Source: Selaginella moellendorffii
Lineage: Eukaryota > Plantae > Lycopodiophyta
Direction of reading: 5' to 3'
DNA: 64,000 bases
Assembly: GCF_000143415.4 (NCBI RefSeq)
Contig: NW_003314338.1
Location: 299,791 to 363,790, forward strand
How positions within the stretch are numbered: position 1 is the first letter of the stretch; every line of letters begins with the position of its first letter. The translations under genes were made by a program, and so were the position numbers. Positions 1-13,000 of this stretch are shown in pieces. A model generated the notes under the pieces. The model had not been told where the DNA came from and did not search any database. It saw nothing but the letters and a program-made list of their open reading frames with translations.

Positions 1-2240
1 AAGCATATAATGTTGGGATCAAAAGCTTTGACTTGGGAAATTGAGAATGAGAGTGGAACTCCAAACAAAGTGCTTAAGGAATGAGCACAAAATAATTGGT
101 GAATGACTCTTTAGAAAAGGGCACAAGAAGGACTAATATATGGCAAGTGTCATGACATATGAAAGTGTCAGAAATAAATCCAAAAAGGAGTCTAGGAAGG
201 ATTCCGAGAAGGAGTTTGAGATGGAGATCAAGAAAGAGTCCAAGAAAGAGTCTGAGATGGAGTTCGAGAAGGAGTCCAAAAAGGAGATGGAGTCTGAGAT
301 GGAATCCAATATGGACCTAAGATGGAGTTTGAGATAGAGTTCAAGGTAGAACCCGAAAAGGAGTATGAGATGGACTTCAGATGGACCTGAGAGGAAGTCC
401 AAGATAAACCTGAGATGGAGTTCGAGATGGACCCAATATGGACCCGAGATGGAGACTAGTGTGACCAAGGAAAGCTATACCCATGTGTTGGGTGATGATA
501 TAACTACTCAGGAGTGCAAGGTTAGAGTGAATACAAACAAATAAGCAGGTTAGCTTGGTGAAGTGTTAAACAAGAGATAAGGCCTTGAAGTCAAGTTAGT
601 TGGTTCATGAGAACCCTTTGCCAAAGGAATTTCAATAGAAATGGGATTGGTATAGCCTAAGCTGGAAAGTATTTAATTTGACCCAAATAATTATGGATAT
701 GTGGAAGCACTAGTAATGAGTTGTAGGACTTGACGACTATGAGGCAACTAAGCAAAATATATAGTATAATTGATTAAATTGGTGGAAGTCAACTTCCCAA
801 GATGTTTTATTGGGATGAGAAGGAATATAGATATATCTTTTGAGGGATAAATTACTTATGTTGCGATATAGTAAGTCTACTCATTGTTAAAAAAGTCCAT
901 CATTGGGATACCTAAGCACTCTTAAACACCCAGGAAGTAGTGTTGGGTATCATGAGGGCATTAGATAAAGCTCCAAGGACAGTCCCTAAAGAATAATGAA
1001 TATAAGGGCTATCCAATGTCCAAAGTTGCAGAAAGCTAGAGACTGAAGAAATCCATCTATCCAAAATTGGACAAATCCAAAAAGGATTTTGGTTAGGCTA
1101 GTGAGGGGCACACAAAGGCCCATAAGTAGCAAAGTTAATCCCAGTATGTGGGATTACAAGGTGAGTATATTCGATTTGAGGAACCACTCCTTAGGCCATT
1201 GGGTAACTTCATCTCTAATAATATTTGATAAGGAATAATAGAATGTGTAAAGTTATTTTCCTAGCTTAGAGGAAGAATAACCAAAAAGAACGTGTAAAGC
1301 CGAAAGTCATTAAAAAGAGGATAAAATTGAACCATAGGAATGAAAGGGTATAGCCAAGGGTGGTCATGCAAGTTGAGAGTGGAGAATCAAGTAGATGGTT
1401 AAAGATGTTGCTCTTACTAATTAAGGAGCCATAAAAAATCTAAAGTGTTATGGCAGTTGGAAAACTTGTGAAATGAGAAACCTTAGCAAGATAAGGGAAA
1501 GGATCCTTTCAAGGTTCCCAAAGACAATTCTAGGTAAGTTAGTACCTAGAAAAACAAAGGTAAATGGTTTATAGGAATATACAAAATCATAGCAAAAGTG
1601 TGGTCTTCAAGTTTGCAATGAGGCAAGGCTATCAAAGTTAGGGAATTAGTTCCTAAGTGTTCAAAGAGATGGCTTTAAATGAAAATCAAGGGTTAAAGAC
1701 TTTTACACTTATGTATGAAACCATATTACATTAGTCAGGGTGTCTTGCTAAGTGAGATTGGCAAGTCAGGGGAACAAAGACCCTATTTGAAGGTGTTGCT
1801 TTCTAAAAGGGGTGGCCCATGAGGCTAAGCATGGAGGAGTCTATGCATGACACAAACTTGTTAAATGAGAGGAGTTACCAATTCAGAGGAACTAAGTTCG
1901 TAAACTGTAATCTATAGCATGCTTTGGGTCTAAGTTGGTGCACTGGCGTGGGGAGTCATGCCAAGCATTCTAGATGATGTTGTCCATAGATGCATATACA
2001 GAGGTTGGGTTTGAGTCCCAACCTCTAGTGCTTGGGTTTGAGTTCTAACTCACTAGAGTGTGGCGATGGTTTAGAATATGAGGACACTCCTTTTTTGGTG
2101 GTTATAGACTCTCAGTAAAGAGATTGGCTTGAGAACACCACAAAGCGGGGAATGCTTTAAAGTCATGATGCACGGTTAAATTGCCTAGTGTGAAAGCTCG
2201 GCATATATAACTTGAACACTTTGGTGCAAGTGGCACCAAA
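1..2240 (+). mobile_element. Old, decayed family A non-autonomous LTR element: partial LTR with degenerate GAGATGGAGTCC array, then internal region
   Basis: 1-580 aligns by eye to the family A LTR; about 590-2240 is colinear with element 2 internal sequence (about 20380-22070), with many CpG/CHG-type transitions. Confidence 0.8.
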
Positions 2241-2859
2241 GACATAGTCTTATAGGCACCTATAATGAGTTGCTAAAGGTGCAATGTTTCACCAAAGGAT
2301 TGAGCTTAGTGGATGTGCAATAGAAGGTCAAGAAGGATTTTCCAGCAACATTGACTGATGCTATCACTAAGGCTCAAATCTTTTCGCCCAAACCATCGGT
2401 TAACTTGGTCAACTTTGGTCAAAAGGATGGTCTTTGGGGTGGTCAACGTGATGACCAACCCACCAATACTTCATCTTTGGGGAAGGAAAGGCCGTTGTTT
2501 CGTTGTAGATCGAAGAGTGGAGATGGTAATGAGGCAAAAAGACATTGGTTGGACCAATGAGAGAAGGACAAGGTGGAGGGCAATTGTTTTCATTGCCACA
2601 GGGCGGGACATCAAAGCAAGGATTGTTCTAAAGGGGTCAATGAATGATAAGATGACTGTGGTGGAAATTATAGGCAATAATGTGAGTGATAATTTTTTGA
2701 GGGTTGTATTGCTTCAAGTTAGACATTCTCTTGCATTCATGAGCTATAAGTTTGATGCCACATAGTGGAATTGGCCTACTTGAGACAAGGAGTTGTATGT
2801 TGTGATTGTTGTTGTGAAGGAATGATGACATTATCTGTATGGATTGGACTTCCATGTGG

Positions 2860-4481
2860 ATTCAGACCATCAATCTCTCCAATATTCAGTCGATAAAAGG
2901 ATCTTCGAGGCTGCCTTGCTCATTGGCAAGAGTTCCTGCAGGAAATGTCTGTTAAGATTTGGTACAAGCATGGAGGTGACAATAAGGTGGCTAATGCATT
3001 ATCCAGGTTGGTAAATTCTATCTTGTTCATGAAGCTACCCAACGATCTCTTGGATGATCTTAAGGAGTTTGCTGACTTCGACTCCTTTATCACTAATATT
3101 TGCGTGAAGGTTTTGATGAGGGACGCCTCTACAGATTTGAAGGGTGACAGGTTTGTGTCATTTCAAATACAAGATGGAATCCTGGTGAAGGGATGTATAG
3201 TGGTTCCTTGTGTTGACAAACTCATCAAACGAATTTTGGTTGAGTGTCATGATGTTGGTGAAGAGGCATTTCTTTTGGCCTAGAATGAATTCAGATGTCA
3301 AGATGTACGTGGTTGTTTGATATGCCAAGCAGTCAAAGTAGATCATAAGAAGCTCGCTGGCCTCTATATCCTTTACGTGTACCCGAGAATAAGTAGGATA
3401 GTATCTTGATGGACTTTATCACTGGTTTGCCCAAAACCTTTCGAGGAAATGATGCCATTTGGGTTGTTGTGGATTGTTTGACGAAGATGGATCACTTCTT
3501 CCCCATGAAAACGACAATAAAAGCTTTTGACCTTGCTCAGTTGTTTGTAGACCGGTTATTCAGTCTCTATGGTTTGCTGGGTGACATTGTGAGTGATCAA
3601 GATCCCACGTTCACATCCAAGTTTTGACAAACGGTTTTCAGAAGCTAGAGACTAAGTTGAGCATGAGTAGTGGTGAGCATCCACAATCAGATGGGTAGAC
3701 AGAGTGCATGAATCAGCTACTAGAAGATATATTGAGGTCTTTTGTGGGAAACTTGAGTCGATAGGGAGTATAGGAGAAGTACTTGCCTTTACTTGAATTT
3801 GCTCACAATAGCACTCATCAATCAGCTATTGGTATGTCTCCCTTTATAGCGATGTATGGCTATGAGCCTAAGTCTCCTATGAGTTTGAATTTGGCTTTGG
3901 TTTGGGTACCTCATGCTTGTGATTTCCTGGAAGATATGCAAGACAAGCTTGAGTTGGAAAAGTTGAACATGAGGCAAGCTTAAGAGCGAGACAAAAGATT
4001 GGCTGATGAGCATTATCATCATCAAGAGTACAAAGTTGGTGATAAGGTTTTCCTTAAGCTGTCAGATGCACAACGGTCTCTGAAAGGACGTGGCAATGCT
4101 GAGTTGTCTCCATGGTATTGTGGACCTTGGACAATTTTACAGCATGTAGGGGATCTTGCATACACTTTGGACTTGCCAGTTAGTTCAAAGATTCATCCAT
4201 CGTTCCATGTGAGCAAGCTTAAAGCATGTTTGCACTCTGGTGATGTCGTGGATCAATCCATCATCGAGGTCCCAGAGATTGATCTAGAGAAGGCTAGTCC
4301 GACCAATATTCTTGCTCAAAGATTGGTGAAAACATGCCGAAAGACAACTAGGGAGTTGTTAGTTCAGTGGAATGATTATTCCATGGACGAAGCTACATGG
4401 GAAACTGAGGATGATGTGAAGAGAGTGTTTCTGAGTTTTGGCTATAACTTGTATGAAATTCCTGAGGAAGGGGAAAATTGA
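2860..4481 (+). pseudogene. Decayed chromovirus (Ty3/gypsy) pol 3' part: RNaseH end, integrase, GPY/F motif, chromodomain
   Basis: [23 protein letters not shown]-like, LPLLEFAHN, YCGPWTI..IHPSFHVSKLK, and chromodomain-like ILAQRLVK..ELLVQW..EATWE; broken by stops and frameshifts; purine tract GAGGAAGGGGAAAA at about 4464-4477. Confidence 0.9.
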
Positions 4482-4844
4482 GTTATATAGCCATATTGCT
4501 ATATGATTTGAGCCATTTGTTCTATTCTCATTCTCTTGTTTCCATGACCATATTGTCATGTGAGAAAGCCATATTGCTTTCTTTATTTTGTGGCTGTTTG
4601 TCGCAACGTTGGTGTTGTTGTTTGCACATCTTTTCTCCATGGCTATATTGCCTTAGACTCCCTTCATATGAGGTTCATTTAGCTTCTCAAGGCTGCCATA
4701 TGTGGCTGGGTCATGAAGGAGGGGAGAATGACATGAACCATAGGAATATTCTAATAATATTCCATGGCCTATGGGATTTAAGGCCGTAACGCCTTAAGGG
4801 TTGGGAGGTTGGCCTAGGGTTTGCTCTCCTATTCATTTCATGAT

Positions 4845-5245
4845 GGATGAGATGGGGACACCCAATCTCAATTGCTATGCACCTTTGGCTAGAAGGGCTG
4901 ACTTGGGCACACCACCAAGTGTGGGGGATGCTCCTAGGGTTATAATCAATAATTTAAAGGTTTGGAAGACCTAATACCTAATGGCAGACTTATTAAGATA
5001 GATCACTAAGTGATCTTGTGGCTAAATAAAGACAAGGTCCTTATTTGGTGAAGGAATAAAATTTCCTAATTCAAAGTGTTGACTTGAACTATTAATAATG
5101 GTGTGACTTGGTCAAGGTGATCAAGTGGGAAGGACATATAAGGAATGAGTTGTGCAATGCGATGGCATACTGAGTCCAAAAAAGTAGTTTCTAGGAAAGA
5201 CCCATAGGAGGGTCACAAAGTTGGATAGAGCCCATAACAGAAAAT
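4845..5245 (+). mobile_element. Continuation of the old family A internal region
   Basis: Colinear with about 22080-22497 (GAGATGGGGACAC...GAGCCCATA.CAGAA). Confidence 0.75.
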
Positions 5246-6800
5246 TGTGAGACACAAAATCCCTAGGCCCCAAAGTGGAGCCGAAAGGGTGCCACGTGGT
5301 AGTGGCCGAAGCAAAAGCCAAACGAGCGTAACACGTTTGGACTAAAAGGCTCCGACTTGAAAGGTCGAGAGCGGGAGTGGAACTCCCAACGGAGTGCTCA
5401 AGAAACGAGCATGAAGCGGGCAATAAGCGAGGCTCCGAAAAGGGACCCAAAAGGACCAACACATCATATGAGACGGAGTCCGAGATGGAGTCCGAGATGG
5501 TGTCTGAGATGGAGCAAGACGGAGTCCAAGATGGACTGAGACAGAGTCCAAGATGGAGTCCAAGATGGACCGAGACGGAGTCCGAGATGGAGTCCAAGAT
5601 GGACCGAGACGGAGTCCGAGATGGAGTCTGAGATGGACCGAGACGGAGTTTGAGATGGAGTCCGAGATGGAGTCTGAGATGGAGTCCAAGATGGACTGAG
5701 ACGGAGTCCGAGATGGAGTCCAAGATGGCCGAGATGGAGTCCGAGATGGACTGAGATGGAGTCCAAGAATGGAGTCCGAGATGGACCGAGACAGAGTCCG
5801 AGAATGGAGTCCAAGATGGACCGAGACGGAGTCCGAGAATGGAGTCCGAGATGGACTAAGACGGAGTCCAAGTCCGAGATGGACCCGAGATAGAATCGGA
5901 GATGGAGTATGAGAAGGACCCGAGATGGAGTCTGAGGTTGAGACTGAGACTGGGACGGAGACGGAGACCGAGACCGGGACCGAGACCGAGACTGGGACCG
6001 AGACCGAGACCGAGACCGAGACCGGGACCTGAGCCCAAGTCCGAGTCCGATTTCAAGTCTGAGTCCAAGTCCGAGTCTGAGAGGGTGAAAGCCCAAAGCA
6101 TTCGTCTCCCAGACCCTGGGGGGGTTTGGTGAGCTCCAAAAGTATAGTGAGAGGGAGGACTGTAATGGAGCCAGTTTGGCCTAGTAAGGCCAAACCTAGT
6201 GTTGGGTGATGAACTGACCACTGGGAAGTCCAAGACTAGAGTGAATACAAACTGACAAGCGGGGTTGCTTGGTGAAGTATTCAAGAGCCAGCTCTAGTTC
6301 CCCTGGGAGATCGACTAGCCGATGCTCCCAGTCCAAGTGTGGGTGGCACTACCTACTTGGATACCAAGTGTGGCTCAACGGAACCTCGCTCTAAGCACAT
6401 AGCTAGAGCACCTAAAGGCGGAAGGTGGGGAGAGTAGCCACAGGGCTCGCGTAGGCCCACGGTATTCCAAAATGTTGTCCCAGAGTCCCAAATGGGGGAA
6501 AGGAGGAGGAGCAGTCCTCTAGTGTAGTGACTAAGGATACAATCACATGGTGAGGAAGTCCCAAAGGACCATGGGACTTAGTGGTTGGGCATGTGGGCCT
6601 TGATCTAGTGGCAATGTCGGCGAACATGGCTATGGACAGAAAAGGGACTTGGTAGGAACTAACAAAGGGATATTGGGGAAGGCTATTCCCCATGTCTGTA
6701 GGCATCCTAAGGATGCTAAGGAGTGGATTTGGGTTGACCACTCGTGGACGGATGGCCCAGTCTTGGAGAGATGGGATTGTGATGCAAGTGGTATTGGAAC
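5246..6800 (+). mobile_element. Family A LTR, 3'-truncated, inserted into an older family A internal region
   Basis: Starts TGTGAGACACAAAATCCCTAGG like the LTRs at 8576, 13686, 17625 and 23338; homology stops after GTGGTATTGGA at about 6798. Confidence 0.85.
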
Positions 6801-6809
6801 ATTAGTGCC

Positions 6810-7460
6810 GATCTTAGTCTCAGTCTTGGTCTCAGTCTTGGTCTCGATTCCATCTCAGTTTCCATCTCGGGTCCATCTCAGACTCCATCTTGGGTCCATC
6901 TTAGACTCCATCTCGAGTCTATCTTAGACTTTATCTTGGGTCTATCTCGGGTCCATCTCAGATTCCTTCTTGGACTCCTTCTCAGACTCCATCTTAGACT
7001 CCTTCTGAGGTCCCATCTCAGACTCATTCCAGACTCGATCTTGCCACTAGACTTTTATTCCTATCCTTTGATTGTGGCACTAAGCAACATAGGATCACCT
7101 CCATCCTTCGTCTTAGTCTTAGTCTCAGTCTTGGTCTCGGTTCCATCTTAGTCTCCATCTTGGGTCCATCTCAAACTCGATCTTGGGTCCATCTTGGACT
7201 CCATCTCAGGTCCATCTCAGACTCCATATTAGGTCCATCTCAGACTCCATCTCAGACTCCATCTCGGGTCCATCTCGGAGTCCATTTCAGAGCCATCTCA
7301 GACTCCATCTTGTACTCCATCTTGGGTCTATCTCAAACTCCATCTCAGACTCCTTCTTAGACACTCCTTCTCAAACTCCATCTCGAGTCCATCTTAGACT
7401 CCATCTTGAACTCCTTCTTAGACACTCCTTCTCAGACTCCATCTCAGGTCCATCTCGTAT
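6810..7460 (-). repeat. Inverted, degenerate family A LTR array pieces enclosing a short inverted internal-region fragment
   Basis: GACTCCATCTC repeats (reverse complement of the LTR array); about 7040-7110 is the reverse complement of about 12880-12950. Confidence 0.7.
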
Positions 7461-7599
7461 CTCTTTTTTAGAGACTCACTTATTGCTAGTGAATGCCCTT
7501 GAGGAACAATCTAGGGTGGAGGCCCAAGATCTATAAATAAGGTAGAGTAGGTCCAAGGACTTTTATTTGAACCAAGTGTCCACAAGAAAAAAAACTTAG

Positions 7600-7801
7600 A
7601 AAAGGAACTAAGACAACATTTTTGTGCTTACTCTCAATGGGAAGCGGTAAAAAGATGATATCAGAAGAGGTTCTTTTTGGGATTCAACAAGTGTTAAGAC
7701 TAATTTTAGGACACCATTCTAAAGGAATTGTTGGTAAGATTAAACCTTACCCAACTGATAGAACATAAAATTGAATTGGGGGCTAACATAGTGGTCCATC
7801 T
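7600..7801 (+). pseudogene. Decayed gypsy pol, start of RT; continues at 15749
   Basis: LIEHKIEL motif, in register with PLSLNGKELKELQHQLEESIDKGYI..SNSSYG once the 7802-15743 insertion and TSD CATCT are removed. Confidence 0.7.
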
Positions 7802-8575
7802 TGTAAGCCACAAATTTTTCCTTTCCAATTTGCCAGCTTACCTCGTTTATCCGACCAACACTGCCTTGGTTTTTGCTAAGTTCCCTCACCAAGGTTCCCG
7901 CCTATTGTACCAGCTCTTACTTGGTTCTACTTGGTTTCAACTACTTACTGCATGAGCAATGGAGCATTAGCCATCCATCCACGAATTCCCAAATCTCTCC
8001 CAATCCCCCTTCTCGGGCTAGACTGGACTTAAGGTTCAGCTACACTCCCTGTAGGCACAAGTAGCCAATCACACCAAGCCTCCAGGTTCCTAACATCCTT
8101 TGGTACAACAAGACTTGATCATGGGACCCTTTAAATCCCAAGCCTTGGGTGCAACATTTGCTTCAGGACACCGGGGCGAAACACCATGGCCTAACGGCCT
8201 GGTATGGGTACCTCTACCCCCCCACTTCCATCCCGAAGGAAAGGCCCAAGCCCCTAAGAAGGGTGAGGACCAATGAGCCACAAGGTACTCAAGTAGGGCA
8301 CCACTCCACATGAGCCAGGAGCACCGCAATCAGTTTCCCTTTCGGGAGTGGGAGCTACTCTTGAGCACTTCCTTGGGTGGCCCCTCCAGCACCACCTAAG
8401 TCCATGCTCACTCCCACCCAAGGCCCCTCGGCCCCAGTCTCAACCTCAAGTCAGTTTGGAAGCACCACTGGAGAGTTCCTTCAAGACTGGTTCCTGGACT
8501 TCACTATCCCTATTATACTTTTGAAACCCCTTGCAACCCCCCCCCCCCCACGCATGCTTTTTGCTTTCACCCCTT

Positions 8576-8879
8576 TGTGAGACACAAAATCCCTAGGCCC
8601 CAAAGTGGAGCCGGAAGGGCGCCACATGGTAGTGGCCGAAGCGAGAGCCAAACGAGCGTAACACGTTTGGACCAAAAGCTCCGACTTGAAAAGTCAAGAG
8701 CGGGAGTGGAACTCCCAACGAAGTGCTCGAGGAACGAGCACGAAGCGAGCAAAAGGCAAGGCTCCAAAAAGGGACCCGAGATGGACCCGAGATGGACCCG
8801 AGATGGAGTCCGAGATGGAGTCCGAGATGGAGTCCGAAGTCGAGACCGAGACCGGGACCGAGACCGAGATCGGGATCGG

Positions 8880-8911
<32 letters not shown>

Positions 8912-10014
8912 TCGGGACCGAGACCGAGACCGAGGCCGAGGCCGAGACCAAGCCCGAGCCCGAGTCCGAGTCCGAATCCGAATCCGAGTCCGAGTCCGAG
9001 TCCGAGTCCGGAGCCTGAGAGGGTGAAAGCCCAAAGCGTTCGTCTCCCAGACCCTGGGGGGTTTGGTGAGCTCCAAAAGTATAGTAGGGGGAGGACTGCA
9101 GTGGAGCCAGTTTGGCCAGGAAAGGCCAGTTTGGCCCAGGAAGGCCAGACCCAGTGTTGGGTGATGAACTGACCACTGGGAAGTCCAAGACTAGAGTCAA
9201 TACGGACCGACAAGCGGGGTAGCTTGGTGAAGTGTTCAAGAGCCAACTCTATTTCCCCCGGGAGATCGACTGGCTGATGCTCCCAGTCCAAGTGTGGGTG
9301 GCACTACCTACTTGGATACCAGGCGTGGCTCAACGGAACCTCGCTCTAAGCCCATGGCTAGAGCACCTAAAGGCGATAGGTGGGGAGAGTACCCAGGTGG
9401 CTCGCGTAAGGCCACGGTGTTCCGAAATGTCGTCCCAAAGGCCCAGACTGTGGAAAGGAAGAGGAGCAGTCCTCTGGGGTAGTGACCAAGGACACAGTCG
9501 TGTGGTGAGGAAGTCCCAGAGGACTGTGGGACTTAGTGGTCGGGCCTGTGGGCCTCGATCCAGTGGCAGTGTTGGCAAACACGGCCAGGGGCAGAAAGGG
9601 ACTTGGTAGGAATTGACAAAGGGACTTTGGGGAAGGCGATTCCCCAGGTCTGTGGGCATCCTAAGGATGCTAAGGAGTGGATCTAGGATGACCCCTCGTA
9701 GACAGATGGCCCAGTCTTGGAGAGACGGGATGGTGATGCAAGTGGTATTGGACCATTTGCGCAGCAAAGGTGAATGGGCATGGCCTTAGCGTAACGGGCC
9801 GAGATGTCAGTGGTACCTTTGGGTGTCGGTCATGGGATCGGACACGTGGAGCACTTGGACCAAGTGCAAAGGTTGAGTGGCATGGATGCCATTCTCGGGG
9901 CTAGCAAGCCCCAAGTCCTGAATGGGACTTATGGAGGTTGTGAATGAGACTCCTCCAAGTGGTCGGAGGTGTGGTTAAGTGACTAAAGTAGAATGGAAAA
10001 ATTAGTCGCTTACA
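8576..10014 (+). repeat. 5' LTR of element 1 (1439 bp)
   Basis: TG..CA termini, followed by the PBS; internal tandem array at about 8773-9010. Confidence 0.95.
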
Positions 10015-10017
10015 ATT

Positions 10018-10029
10018 TGGTATCGGAGC
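10018..10029 (+). promoter_or_regulatory. Primer-binding site (initiator tRNA-Met type)
   Basis: TGGTATCGGAGC 3 bp after the LTR; one mismatch to canonical TGGTATCAGAGC. Confidence 0.9.
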
Positions 10030-13000
10030 TGTTCCTTAGTCCGACTTTTATTGGTGCTCAAGTATATCACCACTAGTGTTGGCATCGGAAGGTCCGAGGA
10101 GTGGGCCTATCCTTGAGGAGTAGCAAGTCTGGAAGACATGGCTCTCCATTACAGTTCATTTGTGAACTTGTAGACGAGGTGGTGGATAGAAAAGAGCCAA
10201 TAATGGAACGACTTTGGGATCTTGGGAACAGTGCAAGGTTTTCCTCATTGAGTTGAGGATGTGATCCGGATGAGCATTTGTCTCAGCAAATTGGCTTAGG
10301 TTGTTTTGGTAAACAACTAAAGTTGGGATCACGGGAACGATAGAGACTCCAAAACAATAAAGGAGTCACAAGATTATCCTCATATAGTTGAGGTTGGTGC
10401 TCATGAATGTGAGACAAAAGGTAATGACCGTGGAAGGTCAAATACGGAAGAGGACTCAAGTCCTTGAAATGGTGGCCGGGCCTACCTCTAATAAATGCTG
10501 GAACAACCCAAGGGGTTGGGGGTGTATTAAGTGGATGAGTTGGTATTCTCATCACATGGACAATTAGTCCTAAGGGGCAAAGGTTGCCCCCAGAGAACAA
10601 AATCAAGTGTCGGAGTAACACTTGTGAAAATAGTCCTTTTGACTAGGACCGGAATGCAAGATGTGTATTCCAGTGAGCTAGTGCCTCACAAGTAGGACCT
10701 TACGGGTCGGTGGATTAACCAAGTCCAAAACTGCTAGACGACTCAAGTAGAGTCCTAAAAAGGACTGAATGAAGCATTTGGACTGAGGTGCGTTGTACCC
10801 CACAAAGGATGGGGGGGGATCATAGGATCCAAGGATGAGAACAGAGAGTATCTCATCGATGGCAAAATGTGCCATGCTAAAGTTATGGGAGAGGTGTTCC
10901 CAGAAGAAAACAACTTTGACATAAAGTTGTGTGTGACCTCTATGGGGCAATGCTAACAGATGGTTGGCATGAGAAAGAGCGGTGTTGGTCTTGGCAAAGA
11001 CTTAGACACGAAGGGAAATGTCATAGAGGTAGGCTCGTGGAGCCGATGGTGTGGAGACACCAAATGTGCTAAGGTGTGATACCTTGAGGCTATGTTGGTG
11101 GGTTCATGTGAACCCCTTGCCAAAGGAATCCCAATGGAAATGGGAATGGCATAGCCTAAGCTGCAGAGCATGCAGTTGGAGTGTGGTGACCCAGATAGTG
11201 ATGGAGGTGTGAAAGCACCAAGCAATGAGTTGTAGGACTTGACAACTATGAGGCAACTAAGCAAGAGGTGCAAAATAACTGATTAAACGGGTAGAAGGTA
11301 GCTACCCAAGACTTCTAGTATAGGGAAGTCGAATATACCCTTACGGGGGATAAGTTTCTTATGTTGCGATATAGTAAGTCAATGTCATAAAAGGAAATAC
11401 TCATTGTCAAGAAAGCCATCATTGGGACACCCGAACACTCTAGAACACCAGAAGGTGGTGTTTGATATCGCGAGGGCAATGGATAAAGCCCAAGGGACTA
11501 AGTCCCTAGCGAATGATGGATAGAAGGTGCTATCCAAATGTCCAAGGTTGCGAAGACAGGAGAGGACTGTCTACCCAAGTTGGACAAAGCCAAAAATGGA
11601 ATTTTGGCAAGGCTAGTGATGGGCATGTAAAGGCCCATAAGCAACAATGTAACCCCAGTGTGTGGGATTATAAGGTGAGCATACCCGGATTGAGGAACCA
11701 CTCCCTGGGCTATTGGGTAGGTTCATCCCTAAGAATACTTGCTAAGGCATGATAGAAAGTGCAAAGCTATCCTCCTGGTCTGGAGGAGAATGACCGAAGG
11801 AAAGGTGTGAAGCCAAAGGCAAGTAGTGTTGGGATGGAACTGAACCATAGAAATCAAAGGGCATATCCAACAGTGGTTATGAAAGTTGGGAGTGGAGAAT
11901 CAAGAGGGTGCTCGAGGATGTTGTTGCTAGCAACCGTGATGCCATGGAGAGTCTAAAATATGGAATTGTCCATGTTAGACTATATGGCAACTATAAAGCT
12001 TGCGAAAGGGGAGGCCTTAGCAAGCTGAGGGACAGAGTTCCTTCAAAGTTCCCAAAGACGATTCTAGGTAGCGTAGTACCTAGAAAGGCCAAGTGTAAAT
12101 GGTTCATGGAACGCGCGAAATTAGAGTGGTGCAGCAGAAGCGTGGTCTTGAAGCTTGCCATGAGGCAAGGTTATCAAGGTTAGGGAAGTAGTTCCCGAGT
12201 GTTCAAAGAGAGGGCTTTGAACGAAAGTCGATGGTCAAGGACTTTCACGCTTACGCAGGAACCATGTTACAATGGTCGGAGGACTTGCCAAGTGAGATTG
12301 GCACGTCGGGGGAACAAAGACCCTAGTTGAAGGTGATAACTTCAAAAAGGGTGGGCCAGGGAGCCGAGCATGGAGGAGTCCATGCATGATCACAGACATC
12401 TAAGTTGCTATAAACCCTTGGCCGTAAGGGCTGGCTTGGGTGTACCGCCAAGTGTGGGGGATGCCCCCGGGGTTGTAGTCAACAACTTGGAGGTCTAGAA
12501 GACCAAGTACCTCTTGGCAACTCTGTTAAGGTGCCAAGGTGAGATCACTAGGTGATCTTATGGCCAGATAAAAACAAGGTCCTTGGTTGGCTAAGGAATG
12601 AAGTTCCTGGTTCAAAATGTTGAAATTGAACTATTTAAGGTGGTGTGGCTTGGTTGTGATGACCAAGTGGGAAGAGCACCGAAGGGAAATAAACTATGTC
12701 CGTGAGATGGCATAGTGAGTCCGAGGAAAGTAGTCTCTATAAAAGACCCATGGGAGGGTCACGAAGTTGGGCCGTGGATAGAGCCCATAGCAGAAGATGC
12801 TAAAGAGACGTACTAGGGGTGAACATCCTCCGGACTTGGCAAAGAAGAGTCTTTGCTATGGAACCGAAACAATACCTCAAGGAGGGAGGTAGAGATTCGA
12901 TGTTGCTTGGTGCAACAATCAACGGATAGGAGCAAAAGATGAGTGGCTAAGATAGGGCCGTGGAATCCCTTGGGGGGAATCCAAGTGACAAAGTTAGGCG

